Assembly: GCA_009702925.1 (NCBI GenBank)
Contig: WLHC01000001.1
Location: forward strand, 43,205 to 107,204
Origin: Actinomycetota bacterium
Lineage (GTDB): Bacteria > Actinomycetota > Actinomycetes > Nanopelagicales > Nanopelagicaceae
Direction of reading: 5' to 3'
Length of the DNA: 64,000 nucleotides
Both the position numbers and the translations under genes were made by a program. How positions within the stretch are numbered: position 1 is the stretch's first letter; every line of letters starts with the position of its first letter. The notes under the pieces were generated by a model. It searched no databases and was not told the DNA's origin. It worked only from the letters and a program-made list of their open reading frames with translations. Shown piece after piece: positions 32,134 to 43,139 of the stretch.

Positions 32134-32544
32134 TTACCTCGCTGCAAAATAGAGTGCAAAGGCTAGGAAAATACTTGGTGCAAGGGGGATTCGTTGTGGC
32201 AATTGCCTTGAGGCAAGGGTCTGGATCAGTAAATGGCCAAAAGCAGAGGCAAATAAAGTTGACAGAAAAACAAGTATCGAGAAATTCATCTGTGAGTTAA
32301 AGATCGTCAACGAAATCGCAAGTAATTTAATATCACCCATTCCTACGCCTAAGAAAAAGAATAAAACTAGAACAAGTAAGAAAGCCAGTAAATTGAGCCA
32401 GGCGCCAATTCCATCGACAAATAAAAATACAGATGTTGGGATCGTTAGAAGCTTAAGGTATATGTTGGGAATACGTTGGGTGGAAAGATCGCGCACCATG
32501 ATTGGCAAAGAGATTAGCCAAAAAATTGACCACAGCAGAAGCAT
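32134..32544 (-). CDS. Short A24-family prepilin peptidase (TadV/CpaA-like)
   Basis: DL..QRIPN, GMGDIKL and IPLAPSI. Hydrophobic. Usual aroE-aroC position. Confidence 0.8.
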   Translation of the reverse strand: MLLLWSIFWLISLPIMVRDLSTQRIPNIYLKLLTIPTSVFLFVDGIGAWLNLLAFLLVLVLFFFLGVGMGDIKLLAISLTIFNSQMNFSILVFLSTLFASAFGHLLIQTLASRQLPQRIPLAPSIFLAFALYFAAR

Positions 32545-32576
32545 CCGACAAACATAGCCTTGTTAGGGTTACAGAA

Positions 32577-33407
32577 TTATCTCTCTGTGGATTGCGTTAA
32601 TAGTTCCATTGCCTTGCTTCTCATAATCTGCGATAAAGCCCTGCGATCAACTTTATCCCCTGTGAATATTTCAATCTGTGATATTCCTTGATGCACAAGT
32701 AGATCGATTCCATCAATTGTCTGTTGACCCAATTCATTGAATTTCTTCAAAAGAGGAGTGGGCCAAGGGTTGTAGAGTGCTTCGAAATATATACCTGAAG
32801 GCTTTGATAGATCATCGCAAAAGAGATCTGCGGCGCCAGCTGGCGATGTGTTAACGATCAAACTAACCTCATTTAGCAACTTACGTGAATTCCAGTCGTG
32901 AAAAATGAATTCTGAAGCAGGAGCTGCCTGTCTCATCGCAGGCGCTCGATCTGGATTTCTATGGATCACATTAATCTGCCTGCTTTGAATAGTTTCATCC
33001 GAATCTATTGCAGCAACGACTGCACGAGCTGTCGCACCTGAACCGATTATCAGTACCGATCCATCCAACTTAACATCATGTGCAACAAGTGCCATGCGAA
33101 ATCCTTCAACGTCTGTGGTCGTAAGGCTCCACTTGCCGTCTTTTTTACTTAAAGTGTTTCCGCTGTTTATCTGTAGGGATATCGGTGAAACTACATCAGC
33201 GACTAGCAGAGCCTCTTCCTTTAGTGGCATAGTCAGTGAAAGTGAGTTTAATTCTGGATGTGATGAAAGAAATTTTGGAAGATCTCCAGATTTAACCTCG
33301 TGACGATTGTAATCCGCATTAATCTTCAAAAAATCATAAGCAACCTTGTGGAGTTGTGGACTCAATGAATGCGAAATGGGAGATCCAAGTACTGCGCCGT
33401 GAATCAT
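32577..33407 (-). CDS. aroE: Shikimate dehydrogenase
   Basis: GSPISHSLSP.LH, SLTMPLK, NT, TDVEG, GSGATARA and Y.PWPT. Confidence 0.94.
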   Translation of the reverse strand: MIHGAVLGSPISHSLSPQLHKVAYDFLKINADYNRHEVKSGDLPKFLSSHPELNSLSLTMPLKEEALLVADVVSPISLQINSGNTLSKKDGKWSLTTTDVEGFRMALVAHDVKLDGSVLIIGSGATARAVVAAIDSDETIQSRQINVIHRNPDRAPAMRQAAPASEFIFHDWNSRKLLNEVSLIVNTSPAGAADLFCDDLSKPSGIYFEALYNPWPTPLLKKFNELGQQTIDGIDLLVHQGISQIEIFTGDKVDRRALSQIMRSKAMELLTQSTER

Positions 33408-34432
33408 TTGAAAAGCCCCGCCTTTCTATTCTTTATATAGAGAGCCTTCCATACACTAAATTCATCAAATGAATCTGTAAATCTAGTGTCCTGGGGGGCA
33501 ATGGTTATGAAATATAGCCACGTTCCATTCTCTGGTGAAAGAGCGGCTGACATGGCGAGGGAACCAGGGCTCCCGATCGGTCCTGGTGGTAGTCCACGAT
33601 TTCTATAGGTGTTGTAGGCGGATTTAAGTAGTGTTGACTTAGTGCTCAGGAATATGTTGCCTCGAGTCTTTTTTACATAATGTACGGTTGAATCCATCTG
33701 AAGTGGCATTCCGATTTCAAGGCGATTAAAAATAACTCTTGCAACATTTTTGAACACTTGAACATCGCCCTCAACCTGAACTATCGAAGCTATGGTTAAT
33801 AACTCTTGAGCTGTAAACGAACCTTTAGCATTCAAAATCTGTTGGGCTGTTTCATCTGCTACGAAACGATCAATCATTGACTGTACGACTTCTCCGGCGG
33901 TCGTCGACTCTTCAAATGTATATTGGGCCGGGAAAAGCAAACCTTCTACATCGGAAAAACCTTTAGGTAGTTTCACGGTACGAAACGCTCGATCGATTTC
34001 AGATGAACTGAAACCATAATCCTTCAAAGATTGAGCAACCTCGCTTTTCCACTCCCCCTCGAAAACCTTTAAAAGATTTGGAATTCTCGATGGATCCAAA
34101 AGTTGCTCGAGAGCCTGCTTCGCAGAAATCTGAAGGGTTATTCGATGAGAGCCGGGTGCCACTCTTTGCGACCTTTGGTCACCCACGGCTACTCGAAAAT
34201 ATGAAGCAGCTGATTTAACAACACCATTTTCAAATAGAATCTGTGCAACTTGTGACCCACTTGCACCATTGGGTATTTGAACAACTACTTCCGGAGATCC
34301 TTCGAGAATTTGGGTGTACGAATAATCTGGAGCCGAAGAGTTCTGTGAGCGGATGGCAAAGAGACCAAGCGTGAGAGCAGCTATTAGTAGTAAGGCTAAG
34401 AGAACTCTCCTTACCTCTACAGTGAACCTCAT
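33404..34432 (-). CDS. mltG: Endolytic transglycosylase MltG
   Basis: N-terminal TM, EGLLFP..Y, ASIVQ.E, NRL..GMPLQMDST, YNTY...GLPPGPI and WLYF. Confidence 0.93.
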   Translation of the reverse strand: MRFTVEVRRVLLALLLIAALTLGLFAIRSQNSSAPDYSYTQILEGSPEVVVQIPNGASGSQVAQILFENGVVKSAASYFRVAVGDQRSQRVAPGSHRITLQISAKQALEQLLDPSRIPNLLKVFEGEWKSEVAQSLKDYGFSSSEIDRAFRTVKLPKGFSDVEGLLFPAQYTFEESTTAGEVVQSMIDRFVADETAQQILNAKGSFTAQELLTIASIVQVEGDVQVFKNVARVIFNRLEIGMPLQMDSTVHYVKKTRGNIFLSTKSTLLKSAYNTYRNRGLPPGPIGSPGSLAMSAALSPENGTWLYFITIAPQDTRFTDSFDEFSVWKALYIKNRKAGLFK

Positions 34433-34854
34433 TGCTTTGCTTTTTCTACTGATATTGCAAACTCGAGAATTGCCACGGCTGCAGCCATATCGATCATTGA
34501 TTTAGAACTCTTTCCATCTTTGCCTGCTTGTCTAAGCTGCTTTGATGCCGAAACTGTACTCATGCGCTCATCAACAAGTTTCACTGGAATCTGAGTAATC
34601 TTTTCTAGCTCTTTCGAAAAATCGATTGCTTTACCTGTTGCTGCTCCATCTAAACCGCTCAGGTTGGTTGGTCTACCTACATAGATTTCAATTGGTGAGA
34701 TCTCTTCAAAAATAGCAGATATCTCCTTAAGTAAACCTTTCGATGATGTTAATAATGTCGTAACGGGTGAAACTAATATTGAATCGGCATCACTGACTGC
34801 AACGCCTATTCGGACGTCTCCATAGTCAAATGCGATTCGACGCCCGCGCTGCAT
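34429..34854 (-). CDS. ruvX: RuvX/YqgF nuclease (pre-16S rRNA processing)
   Basis: FDYGDVRIGVAVSD, VG.P, DERMST and ID..AA..IL. Confidence 0.93.
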   Translation of the reverse strand: MQRGRRIAFDYGDVRIGVAVSDADSILVSPVTTLLTSSKGLLKEISAIFEEISPIEIYVGRPTNLSGLDGAATGKAIDFSKELEKITQIPVKLVDERMSTVSASKQLRQAGKDGKSSKSMIDMAAAVAILEFAISVEKAKQ

Positions 34855-34858
34855 TGCT

Positions 34859-37531
34859 CTAACCAGCTAGCGAGGCAGATATAGCCGAAAGTGCTTCAAT
34901 TGCACGAGCGGAATCTACTCCGCCGCCTTGAGCAAAATCATCTTTACCGCCACCGCCACCGCCAAGGACAAGTGAACCAATCTTTACAAGTGCGCCCGCT
35001 TTAATACCAGCAGCTCTTGCCTCATCACTTACTGCCACAACAAGTACTGGCTTGCCATCATTGCTACTGATGAGTGCAACAACTGAATTCTTCAAACGTC
35101 CCCTTAAATCTAGGGAGATCTTGCGCAGATCGTCAGGAAGAAGACCATCGGCCATGACGGCTGAAACAAAGGAAAAACCGTTAACAGTTTGTGACTTCTT
35201 GGCCAGTTCAGCCACTTGCGCAAGTGCAGCAGTAGACCTAAAAGCCGCTAAATCCTTCTCAACATCTTTCATTTTGCTCAAGAGATCAGAGATTCTCTCA
35301 GGTAACTCCTCGGTGCGAGCTCCTTTAATTATCTCTGTCAGAGAGTTTAACAAAACGTGTTCTCTAGCCAAAAACTTATACGCGTCGACTCCCACAAGTG
35401 CTTCAACGCGACGCACACCCGCACCAATAGATGACTCCCCGAGTAGCTTCACAATTCCCAGCTGACCTGAACGATTCACATGCGTTCCACCACAAAGTTC
35501 TCGTGCCCAATCACCAACACTGACAACTCGGACTACATCTCCATACTTTTCACCAAACAGAGCCATAGCTCCTATCTCTTTTGCCTGTGCCTGACTCATA
35601 CTTTCAGCAGTCACTTCAAGATCTTCTAGAAGCAATGTGTTTACCCGGGATTCAACTTCATCTAATACAGAAGATGGGACGGAACCTGTCGCTGGAAAAT
35701 CGAAACGAAAACGTCCTGGGGAGTTTTCTGAACCAGCCTGTACGGCAGTTTCGCCCAACGTCTCACGGAAGGCTTTATGAACCATGTGGGTTGCGGTATG
35801 GGCGCGTGAAATACCGTTCCGTCTTTCTTTATCTATTTCTGCCAAGACTTGAGAGCCAACATCAACATTTCCACGAATAATCCGACCACGGTGAACGGAT
35901 AAACCTGGTACCGGATTTTGAACATCATCAATTTCTATAATGGCTCCGTTTTCTAGAGTTATTCGACCGCCATCTGCTAATTGACCTCCACCTTCTGCAT
36001 AAAAAGGTGTTCTATTCAATGTAATTTCTACTTCATCATTTTCAGACGCAGATTTAACACCGGTTCCATCTACTAGCAGACCTGTAATTTTTGATTCACA
36101 ACTTTGCTGAATATAACCAACAAACTCACTTTTTCCGCTTTTGTCTGCTATCTGACGATACACAGAAACATCGGTGTGGCCTGATTTCTTAGACTTGGCA
36201 TCTGCCTTTGCTCGCTCGCGTTGTTCTTTCATGAGCCGGCGGAATCCATCTTCATCAACTGTTAGACCCTCTTCACGTGCCATTTCCAGAGTGAGATCAA
36301 ACGGAAATCCATATGTGTCGTGGAGCTTGAATACATCATCTCCTGCAAGTACTTTGCCGCTAGTTTTTTTCGTTGCAGAAGATGCGATATCAAAAATTGT
36401 CGTACCGCTCTTTAGAGTTTGTAAGAAACTCTCCTCTTCTGATGCGCTTACTTCAAGAATTCTTTTCTTATCACTTACTAACTCTGGATACTGAGAGCCC
36501 ATAGCCGATATCGCAGCTACGGTAAGTTCGGACATAATCGGATCTGCTGATCCCAATAGGCGCATGTTTCGTATTGTGCGACGCATCATTCGTCGAAGAA
36601 CATATCCGCGTCCTTCATTGCCTGGTGTAACCCCATCACCGATCAACATTGCCGATGTGCGAGCATGATCGGCAATTACCCTCAATGAGATATCTGATTT
36701 TTCAGAGCTCCCATACTTCACACCAGTTAATTGAGTAGCTCGATTAAGAATTTGAACTGTGGTATCAATTTCATAAATATTTTCCACACCTTGCAAGAGT
36801 GCTGCAGTTCTTTCTAAACCCAAACCAGTATCAATACTTTTGGCAGGAAGTTCGCCCAAAATTGGGTAGCTATCTTTACCGCCTCCAGCACCTCTTTCGT
36901 TTTGCATAAAGACGAGGTTCCAAACCTCTAAATATCTATTCTCGTCAGCGATTGGACCGCCTTCGACTCCGTATGCAGGACCGCGATCGTAATAAATTTC
37001 AGAACAAGGGCCACATGGACCAGGAACGCCCATCGACCAAAAGTTATCTGCCATGTCTCGTCGCTGTATGCGCTCTTTAGGTATTCCGATTTTTTTATGC
37101 CAAATATCTGCCGCTTCATCGTCATCCAAGTAAACAGTCACCCAGAGTTTTTCCTCTGGCAGCCCGTAACCACCATCGGTGATTGGACGAGTTAGAAGTT
37201 CCCAAGCAAGAGCTATCGCACCTTCTTTGAAGTAATCCCCAAAAGAGAAATTTCCACACATCTGGAAAAAAGATGCATGGCGTGTAGTTTTTCCTACCTC
37301 GTCAATGTCTAGAGTGCGTACGCACTTTTGAACGGAAGTTGCGCGCTTATATGGTGGAGTAACTTCTCCCAAGAAATAGGGCTTAAAGGGAACCATTCCC
37401 GCATTTACTAGTAAAAGATTAGGATCATCTGCAATGAGTGACGCCGACGGTACAACTGTATGAAGCAGACCCTGTCGGTTGTCAGATTCAAAAAAGCGCA
37501 GCCAGCGCGAACGGATCTCGGCGGATTCCAC
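34859..37531 (-). CDS. alaS: Alanine--tRNA ligase
   Basis: [35 protein letters not shown] and GGGGGK. Confidence 0.98.
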   Translation of the reverse strand: MESAEIRSRWLRFFESDNRQGLLHTVVPSASLIADDPNLLLVNAGMVPFKPYFLGEVTPPYKRATSVQKCVRTLDIDEVGKTTRHASFFQMCGNFSFGDYFKEGAIALAWELLTRPITDGGYGLPEEKLWVTVYLDDDEAADIWHKKIGIPKERIQRRDMADNFWSMGVPGPCGPCSEIYYDRGPAYGVEGGPIADENRYLEVWNLVFMQNERGAGGGKDSYPILGELPAKSIDTGLGLERTAALLQGVENIYEIDTTVQILNRATQLTGVKYGSSEKSDISLRVIADHARTSAMLIGDGVTPGNEGRGYVLRRMMRRTIRNMRLLGSADPIMSELTVAAISAMGSQYPELVSDKKRILEVSASEEESFLQTLKSGTTIFDIASSATKKTSGKVLAGDDVFKLHDTYGFPFDLTLEMAREEGLTVDEDGFRRLMKEQRERAKADAKSKKSGHTDVSVYRQIADKSGKSEFVGYIQQSCESKITGLLVDGTGVKSASENDEVEITLNRTPFYAEGGGQLADGGRITLENGAIIEIDDVQNPVPGLSVHRGRIIRGNVDVGSQVLAEIDKERRNGISRAHTATHMVHKAFRETLGETAVQAGSENSPGRFRFDFPATGSVPSSVLDEVESRVNTLLLEDLEVTAESMSQAQAKEIGAMALFGEKYGDVVRVVSVGDWARELCGGTHVNRSGQLGIVKLLGESSIGAGVRRVEALVGVDAYKFLAREHVLLNSLTEIIKGARTEELPERISDLLSKMKDVEKDLAAFRSTAALAQVAELAKKSQTVNGFSFVSAVMADGLLPDDLRKISLDLRGRLKNSVVALISSNDGKPVLVVAVSDEARAAGIKAGALVKIGSLVLGGGGGGKDDFAQGGGVDSARAIEALSAISASLAG

Positions 37532-37540
37532 TGTCTAGAA

Positions 37541-37903
37541 TCACTCAGCCTTCTTCTTTTTTGAACGACCTTTTTTCATCTGTGCTGCAGAAATAAGGGC
37601 ACCTGCAACTTTCACAACAGAACTATTCTTTGTAATGAAATCACCAGTCGCTTCAGTTAACTTGTTAGTTACTTCTTCAGCATTTTTAGTAATCCGATTA
37701 AGGCTATGCAAAGGACCATTAACTAGTGTGACGGTTGTATGAACCTCATCAATTAGCGGGGCCGTTTCTGCTGTTAAAGCCTTGAGTGAAGCTTTTGCCT
37801 CATCTACTAGGCGTCCAACTCGCACAACTACATAGGCGATCGCGATTGCTATTACAGCTAATGAAGAAGCTGCAATAATCGTTGCAATTCCACCTGGACC
37901 CAT
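37541..37903 (-). CDS. DUF948-family membrane-anchored protein
   Basis: N-terminal TM followed by a coiled coil. Conserved position upstream of alaS. Confidence 0.75.
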   Translation of the reverse strand: MGPGGIATIIAASSLAVIAIAIAYVVVRVGRLVDEAKASLKALTAETAPLIDEVHTTVTLVNGPLHSLNRITKNAEEVTNKLTEATGDFITKNSSVVKVAGALISAAQMKKGRSKKKKAE

Positions 37904-37923
37904 GTCAGAAGCCTATCTGAGAT

Positions 37924-39678
37924 CTACTTGTCTTCGTTGGATTTTACTTCTGGGACCCAATCGATTCCGCTTTCCTTGCGTTGGGCCGGGGTAATGGGAG
38001 TTGGTGCACCAGTTAATGGATCTCCCCCACTGGCCGTTTTCGGAAAGGCGATTACTTCGCGAATCGAATCTGATCCTGTCAATAAAGCACACACTCGATC
38101 TAGACCAAGTGCAATGCCTCCGTGTGGCGGAGGTCCATAGTTAAATGCCTCAAGTAGGAAACCAAATTTGCTAGTTGCTTCCTCCTCACTTAAACCAATT
38201 ACAGAGAAAACATCTTTTTGGATCTGTCTATCGTGAATACGGATAGATCCTCCACCGAGCTCTGTACCATTTAAAACAATGTCATAAGCATATGCAAGAG
38301 CGTCACCGGGATTCGATTTGAAAGTTTTCGCAAATTCTGGTTTTGGACCTGTGAAGGGATGATGAACTGCAGTCCAACCTCCTCCATCAGTAGGCTCAAA
38401 CATTGGTGCATCTACAATCCAAACAAATTCCCATTTTCCCTCAGGTATCAAATTGCAGCGCTTGCCTATTTCAAGTCGAACCGCGCCAAGAAGATTTAAT
38501 GAAGCGGTGCGCTCACCAGCTGCGAAAAATATCGCATCTCCAGCCTTTGCACCTGCTGCAGACACAATTCCCGAACTCTCTTTTTCCGAAAGATTTTTCG
38601 AAACGGGCCCACCTAAAGTTAAATCATCATTCACTAATATGTATGCCAACCCTTTGGCACCTCGGGCCTTTGCCCAATCTTGCCAAGCATCTAGTTCCCG
38701 ACGAGCAGAGGATGCACCTGCTGGCATAACGACCGCGCCGACGTATGGTGCTTGAAACACACGAAACTGAGTTTCAGAAAAGAACGTTGTTAGATCAACG
38801 AGTTTGTTCTCAAAGCGTAGATCCGGTTTGTCCGATCCATAGTCTCTCATCGCATCGGCATAAGTCATGCGAGGTATAGGCAATGAAATTTCGAAATTAA
38901 CCGCTTCTTTCCAGACTCTCGAAACAATCTTTTCTGCTATCGCAAGAATGTCTTCTTGATCAATGAATGACATTTCAATATCTAACTGCGTGAACTCTGG
39001 TTGTCTGTCAGCTCTAAAATCTTCATCGCGGAAACAACGAGCAATTTGGTAGTACTTTTCCATTCCAGCAACCATTAGCAATTGCTTAAATAGTTGTGGA
39101 GACTGAGGAAGTGCATACCAACTTCCAGGTTGAAGACGCACTGGGACCAAGAAATCCCGAGCACCTTCTGGAGTTGAGCGAGTTAGATAGGGAGTTTCTA
39201 TCTCTAGAAATGTTTCCTCTTCCATCACTCTACGAATGGTCGATGTCACCTTCGAACGTAGCCGCAGATTTTGAGCAGGTTTCTCGCGACGTAGATCAAG
39301 ATAACGGTATCGCAAACGAGATTCTTCGTTAATCTCAGAGTCATCACCGCTATCTACTGGAAATGGCAGCGGTGCTGACTCTGAAAGCACTACGACAACA
39401 TCACCCATAACTTCAATTTCTCCTGTTGGAATATTCTTATTCTCATTTCCATCAGGACGAGCTACAACTTCACCTGTGATCAACAAACACCATTCGGCTC
39501 TGAGCGATCCGGCCATTTTTTCATCACGAATAACTACTTGAACAGAACCTGACGCATCACGCAAATCAATAAACGCTACCCCGCCATGATCGCGACGGCG
39601 AGAAACCCAGCCTGCCAAAGTTACAGTTTGACCCGCTAACGATTTGCGGAGCGAACCGGCATCATGTGTTCTTAACAT
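37924..39678 (-). CDS. aspS: Aspartate--tRNA ligase (likely non-discriminating)
   Basis: [33 protein letters not shown] and PPHGG.A.GLDR. His in RDHGG and Gly in RPDG are ND-type markers. Confidence 0.97.
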   Translation of the reverse strand: MLRTHDAGSLRKSLAGQTVTLAGWVSRRRDHGGVAFIDLRDASGSVQVVIRDEKMAGSLRAEWCLLITGEVVARPDGNENKNIPTGEIEVMGDVVVVLSESAPLPFPVDSGDDSEINEESRLRYRYLDLRREKPAQNLRLRSKVTSTIRRVMEEETFLEIETPYLTRSTPEGARDFLVPVRLQPGSWYALPQSPQLFKQLLMVAGMEKYYQIARCFRDEDFRADRQPEFTQLDIEMSFIDQEDILAIAEKIVSRVWKEAVNFEISLPIPRMTYADAMRDYGSDKPDLRFENKLVDLTTFFSETQFRVFQAPYVGAVVMPAGASSARRELDAWQDWAKARGAKGLAYILVNDDLTLGGPVSKNLSEKESSGIVSAAGAKAGDAIFFAAGERTASLNLLGAVRLEIGKRCNLIPEGKWEFVWIVDAPMFEPTDGGGWTAVHHPFTGPKPEFAKTFKSNPGDALAYAYDIVLNGTELGGGSIRIHDRQIQKDVFSVIGLSEEEATSKFGFLLEAFNYGPPPHGGIALGLDRVCALLTGSDSIREVIAFPKTASGGDPLTGAPTPITPAQRKESGIDWVPEVKSNEDK

Positions 39679-39712
39679 TTACAATGAATTCCTTAATTAA
39701 CATAAATCGCGG

Positions 39713-40963
39713 CTATAGGTACTGCTGTAATGATGCAATCTTAACTGAAGAACTCTCTCCTGTTTTCATGTGCTTTAACTCCACCGTAGAACTGTCTAAC
39801 TCTGACTCTCCGAGAACCACGACATAGGCAGCACCTGTTTTATCAGCTACCTTCATTGATCCTTTAAGTCCTCGATCGCCAAAAGCTATCTCCACTGTTT
39901 TTCCAGCGCTGCGAAGATCTTTTGCTATTTTCAAGGCCTCTTCCTTAGCTGCATCTCCTAAGGGGATTATGTAAAGATCTGAAACAAAAGCATCCTCACT
40001 AATAATGCCTTCGGCCTCTGCGGCAAGCAGGACACGATCTATACCTAAACCAAATCCAATTCCTGATAAAGATTGACCACCCAGGGCTTGCATTAACCCG
40101 TCATAGCGCCCACCGCCACCAATTCCAGATTGCGCTCCTAGAAGCTCGTGCACAAATTCAAAAGTGGTACCTGTGTAGTAATCCAAACCACGAACCATTT
40201 TAGGATTCAAAACATAGGAGATTTCCATTCGATCCAGATATTTCATGACCATTTTAAAGTGTTCCAAAGACTCTTTATTCAAATAATCCATGAGCAGTGG
40301 AGCTTTAGACATAGCCTTCTTCATTTCTTCGCGCTTATCATCAAAAAGCCGAAGTGGATTCAACTTTGCACGTTCTGCAGTTGCTTCATCTAAATCTAAA
40401 GTTTCTATGAACTTCACAAGATCTATTCGGTGGGCTGCCCTTGAAGAAAGATCACCCAAAGACGTGAGCTCTAACCGATACTTACTTAAACCTAAAGATT
40501 TGAAACCGGCATCAGCAATGGCGATCACTTCCGCGTCAATAGCTGGATCATCCAAACCGATTGCTTCAATACCAACTTGATAGAACTGTCTGTATCTACC
40601 TGCCTGCGGGCGCTCTGCCCGAAAAAATTGACCTGCATACCAAACTTTTACGGGTAACTGACCTCGATCGAGGCCATGCTCAATAACAGCGCGCATTACA
40701 CCAGCTGTTCCCTCAGGTCTTAACGTTAGAGATCTTCCCCCTCTATCTTCAAACGTATACATTTCTTTTGAGACAACATCCGTGGATTCACCAACACCTC
40801 TTCGAAAAAGTTCAGTGTCTTCAAACACGGGTAGTTCGATTAATTGATAGCCCGCTCTTTTTGCTGGTTCAACCAAAGCGTTACGAACAAATTCAAAAGA
40901 GCTCGAACGGTCAGGAACATACTCACTAACGCCTTTGGGCGCTTGAATTTTCTGCTCGGACAT
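39713..40963 (-). CDS. hisS: Histidine--tRNA ligase
   Basis: [27 protein letters not shown] and GGGRYD. Confidence 0.97.
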   Translation of the reverse strand: MSEQKIQAPKGVSEYVPDRSSSFEFVRNALVEPAKRAGYQLIELPVFEDTELFRRGVGESTDVVSKEMYTFEDRGGRSLTLRPEGTAGVMRAVIEHGLDRGQLPVKVWYAGQFFRAERPQAGRYRQFYQVGIEAIGLDDPAIDAEVIAIADAGFKSLGLSKYRLELTSLGDLSSRAAHRIDLVKFIETLDLDEATAERAKLNPLRLFDDKREEMKKAMSKAPLLMDYLNKESLEHFKMVMKYLDRMEISYVLNPKMVRGLDYYTGTTFEFVHELLGAQSGIGGGGRYDGLMQALGGQSLSGIGFGLGIDRVLLAAEAEGIISEDAFVSDLYIIPLGDAAKEEALKIAKDLRSAGKTVEIAFGDRGLKGSMKVADKTGAAYVVVLGESELDSSTVELKHMKTGESSSVKIASLQQYL

Positions 40964-41625
40964 CAGTGCCGCCCAATCAAGCTAGTAAGGTAGGGATTAG
41001 TTTTCTTCTCATGTGACAAGATTGTCTCAGGTCCGTGCCCAGGTAAAACTCGAAGATGATCAGCCAGTGGTAACACTTTTTTTCGTAACGTCTCGGTCAT
41101 TTGCTCTGGTGAGCCTGTTGGCAAATCTGTGCGACCGATTGCACCCGCAAAAAGTACATCTCCACTGATCAAGACTTCGTTATCAACTTCAAACATCAAG
41201 GAACCTCCAGTGTGACCTGGTGAATGAATAGCCTTAAATGAAAGACCGACTAATTCTAAAACCTCACCATTTCGCAGTTCTCTGACTTCATGCGGTTCAG
41301 TAAAACTCATCTCCTGCAACGTCTGAGCGAATTCAGGACTGACTTGATCCTGCGGTCTTGTCAGATAGGGACGATCTTGACTATGAATGTAGGTTGGAAT
41401 TGCGTAGCCGTCAGCAATTGGTTGAATCGAAAATGTGTGATCAAGATGTCCATGTGTAGCTATGATCGCAACAGGCTTTAAATTATGGCGTGTAAGAATT
41501 TCCTCTAACTGCAAAGAAACATCGGGCATGCCTGGATCAATTACTACACACTCTGATCCTGGCTCGGAGGCAATTACCCAGCAGTTTGTGGCATACATTT
41601 TTGCCGCAAAGGAGTCAACTAACAT
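40963..41625 (-). CDS. MBL-fold metallo-hydrolase (glyoxalase II-like)
   Basis: THGHLDH, PGHT.GS, SGDVLF...GRTD and PGHG. Confidence 0.92.
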   Translation of the reverse strand: MLVDSFAAKMYATNCWVIASEPGSECVVIDPGMPDVSLQLEEILTRHNLKPVAIIATHGHLDHTFSIQPIADGYAIPTYIHSQDRPYLTRPQDQVSPEFAQTLQEMSFTEPHEVRELRNGEVLELVGLSFKAIHSPGHTGGSLMFEVDNEVLISGDVLFAGAIGRTDLPTGSPEQMTETLRKKVLPLADHLRVLPGHGPETILSHEKKTNPYLTSLIGRH

Positions 41626-41801
41626 TAAATAAGCCCTCCAGTACGCTCAGAAATAGCGAGATTGACGCTCGCACAGGTAGACAGGGTACCTTTTACCACT
41701 GAATACATACTCTATCCACGCTTAGATGTCTTAGGACTTCTTAGCATCGCCCAGTACATAGCGACGTTCCTATCGAACAACGCGCTGAAAGGATCGCTCT
41801 C

Positions 41802-43127
41802 ATGACAGATACGAATTTTCCAGAACAGGTCAACCCCGCAGTTATGCCTCAGGCTGTAAGTGCAGCTAGCGCGTTGATTGGAGATCCTTCAGCCTTTGGT
41901 CGAGTTGGTGAAGATGGAACAGTTTTTGTTCGAACTTCAAGTGGTGAAAAAGCCGTAGGTTCATATCCAGGTAAGAGTCCTGAAGAGGCTCTTAACTATT
42001 TTGTTCGCAAATTTGAACATCTTGCCTCGGAAGTTGCTTTACTTGCTGCAAGAATAAAAAGCGGTGCAATGGTCCCATCAGATGCCTATGCTGCAGTAAA
42101 AAAATTGCGCGAACAAGTAAAAGATTTGAATGGTGTTGGAGATCTTGATTCGCTCGCAGCATCAGTTGAACAAATTGAACCTCTCATAGAGGGACACCGT
42201 GAAGCCTACGAAGCAAAGAAGGCTGCCGAGTCTGCTGCAAAAGAGGCTCGACGTGCACAAATCATTGTGGAGAAGGAGAAGATTGTTCTTGAGGCTGAGT
42301 CACTAGCGTTATCTGAAAGTTGGAAAACTACGGGAGATCGTCTCAAAGTACTCATGGATGAATGGAAGGCAGCGCCACGTTTAGACAAGACTACTGATAC
42401 GCAGTTATGGAAGCGTTTTTCATCATCTAGAAATAAGTTTGATAAGCGTAGACGAACACATTTTGCTGCGCTGGAAGCAACGCAATCTGTTGTAGCTGAT
42501 GCTAAGAAACTTATCGTTTCAGAGGCTGAGAAACTAGCAACATCTACTGAATGGGTTCCAACAGCTAAGAAATTTAAATCACTAATGGACCAATGGAAGG
42601 CCTCCGGTCGAGGCAAACCAAGTGATGATGCAAAACTCTGGGGACGTTTTAAGGCCGCTCAAGATCAATTTTTTGCTGCAAAAAATGCAGATTTGGAAAA
42701 GCGCGATGTGACTATGGCCTCCAATCTAATTAAGCGTGAGGAATTGGTAACAGTTATCGAAGCGTTGATTCCATTTACTGATGTGAAGACCGCTCGCAAG
42801 GCGTTGTCTGAGCACTTGAGAGCGTGGGAAAAAATCGGAATGACACATCGTGATAAGCGTGCAGCACTTGATGCACGCGTCCATGCTGTCGAAAAGACTA
42901 TTAAAGAGGCCGAAGCGGAGATCTGGAGAAAGACCGACCCTGCAGCAAAGAAAAGAGCCGAAGAAGTTGTTGCTCAATTAACTGCATCAATCGAGAGCTA
43001 TGAAAAAATTGCCGCTAAATCTTCGGCTGCGGGTAATACCAAGAAAGCTAGTGAAGCCAGCGAGTCTGCCCAGGCACGAAAGGTATGGCTAGCCGAAGCT
43101 CAAAAGAGTTTGGATGAATTCAACTAA
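41802..43127 (+). CDS. DUF349 repeat coiled-coil protein
   Basis: FGRV.EDGTVFVRT N-terminus, three repeats of K..LV.EAE.LA...W......K.LMDEWK...LW.RF. SD GAAAGGA. Confidence 0.9.
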   Translation: MTDTNFPEQVNPAVMPQAVSAASALIGDPSAFGRVGEDGTVFVRTSSGEKAVGSYPGKSPEEALNYFVRKFEHLASEVALLAARIKSGAMVPSDAYAAVKKLREQVKDLNGVGDLDSLAASVEQIEPLIEGHREAYEAKKAAESAAKEARRAQIIVEKEKIVLEAESLALSESWKTTGDRLKVLMDEWKAAPRLDKTTDTQLWKRFSSSRNKFDKRRRTHFAALEATQSVVADAKKLIVSEAEKLATSTEWVPTAKKFKSLMDQWKASGRGKPSDDAKLWGRFKAAQDQFFAAKNADLEKRDVTMASNLIKREELVTVIEALIPFTDVKTARKALSEHLRAWEKIGMTHRDKRAALDARVHAVEKTIKEAEAEIWRKTDPAAKKRAEEVVAQLTASIESYEKIAAKSSAAGNTKKASEASESAQARKVWLAEAQKSLDEFN

Positions 43128-43139
43128 ATCAAACTGCGA

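Noticed and set aside
42260-42900. Repeated peptide units in the DUF349 gene as a possible DNA repeat or array
   Set aside because: These are degenerate protein-level domain repeats typical of the family. There are no nucleotide direct repeats with spacers, so this is not CRISPR.
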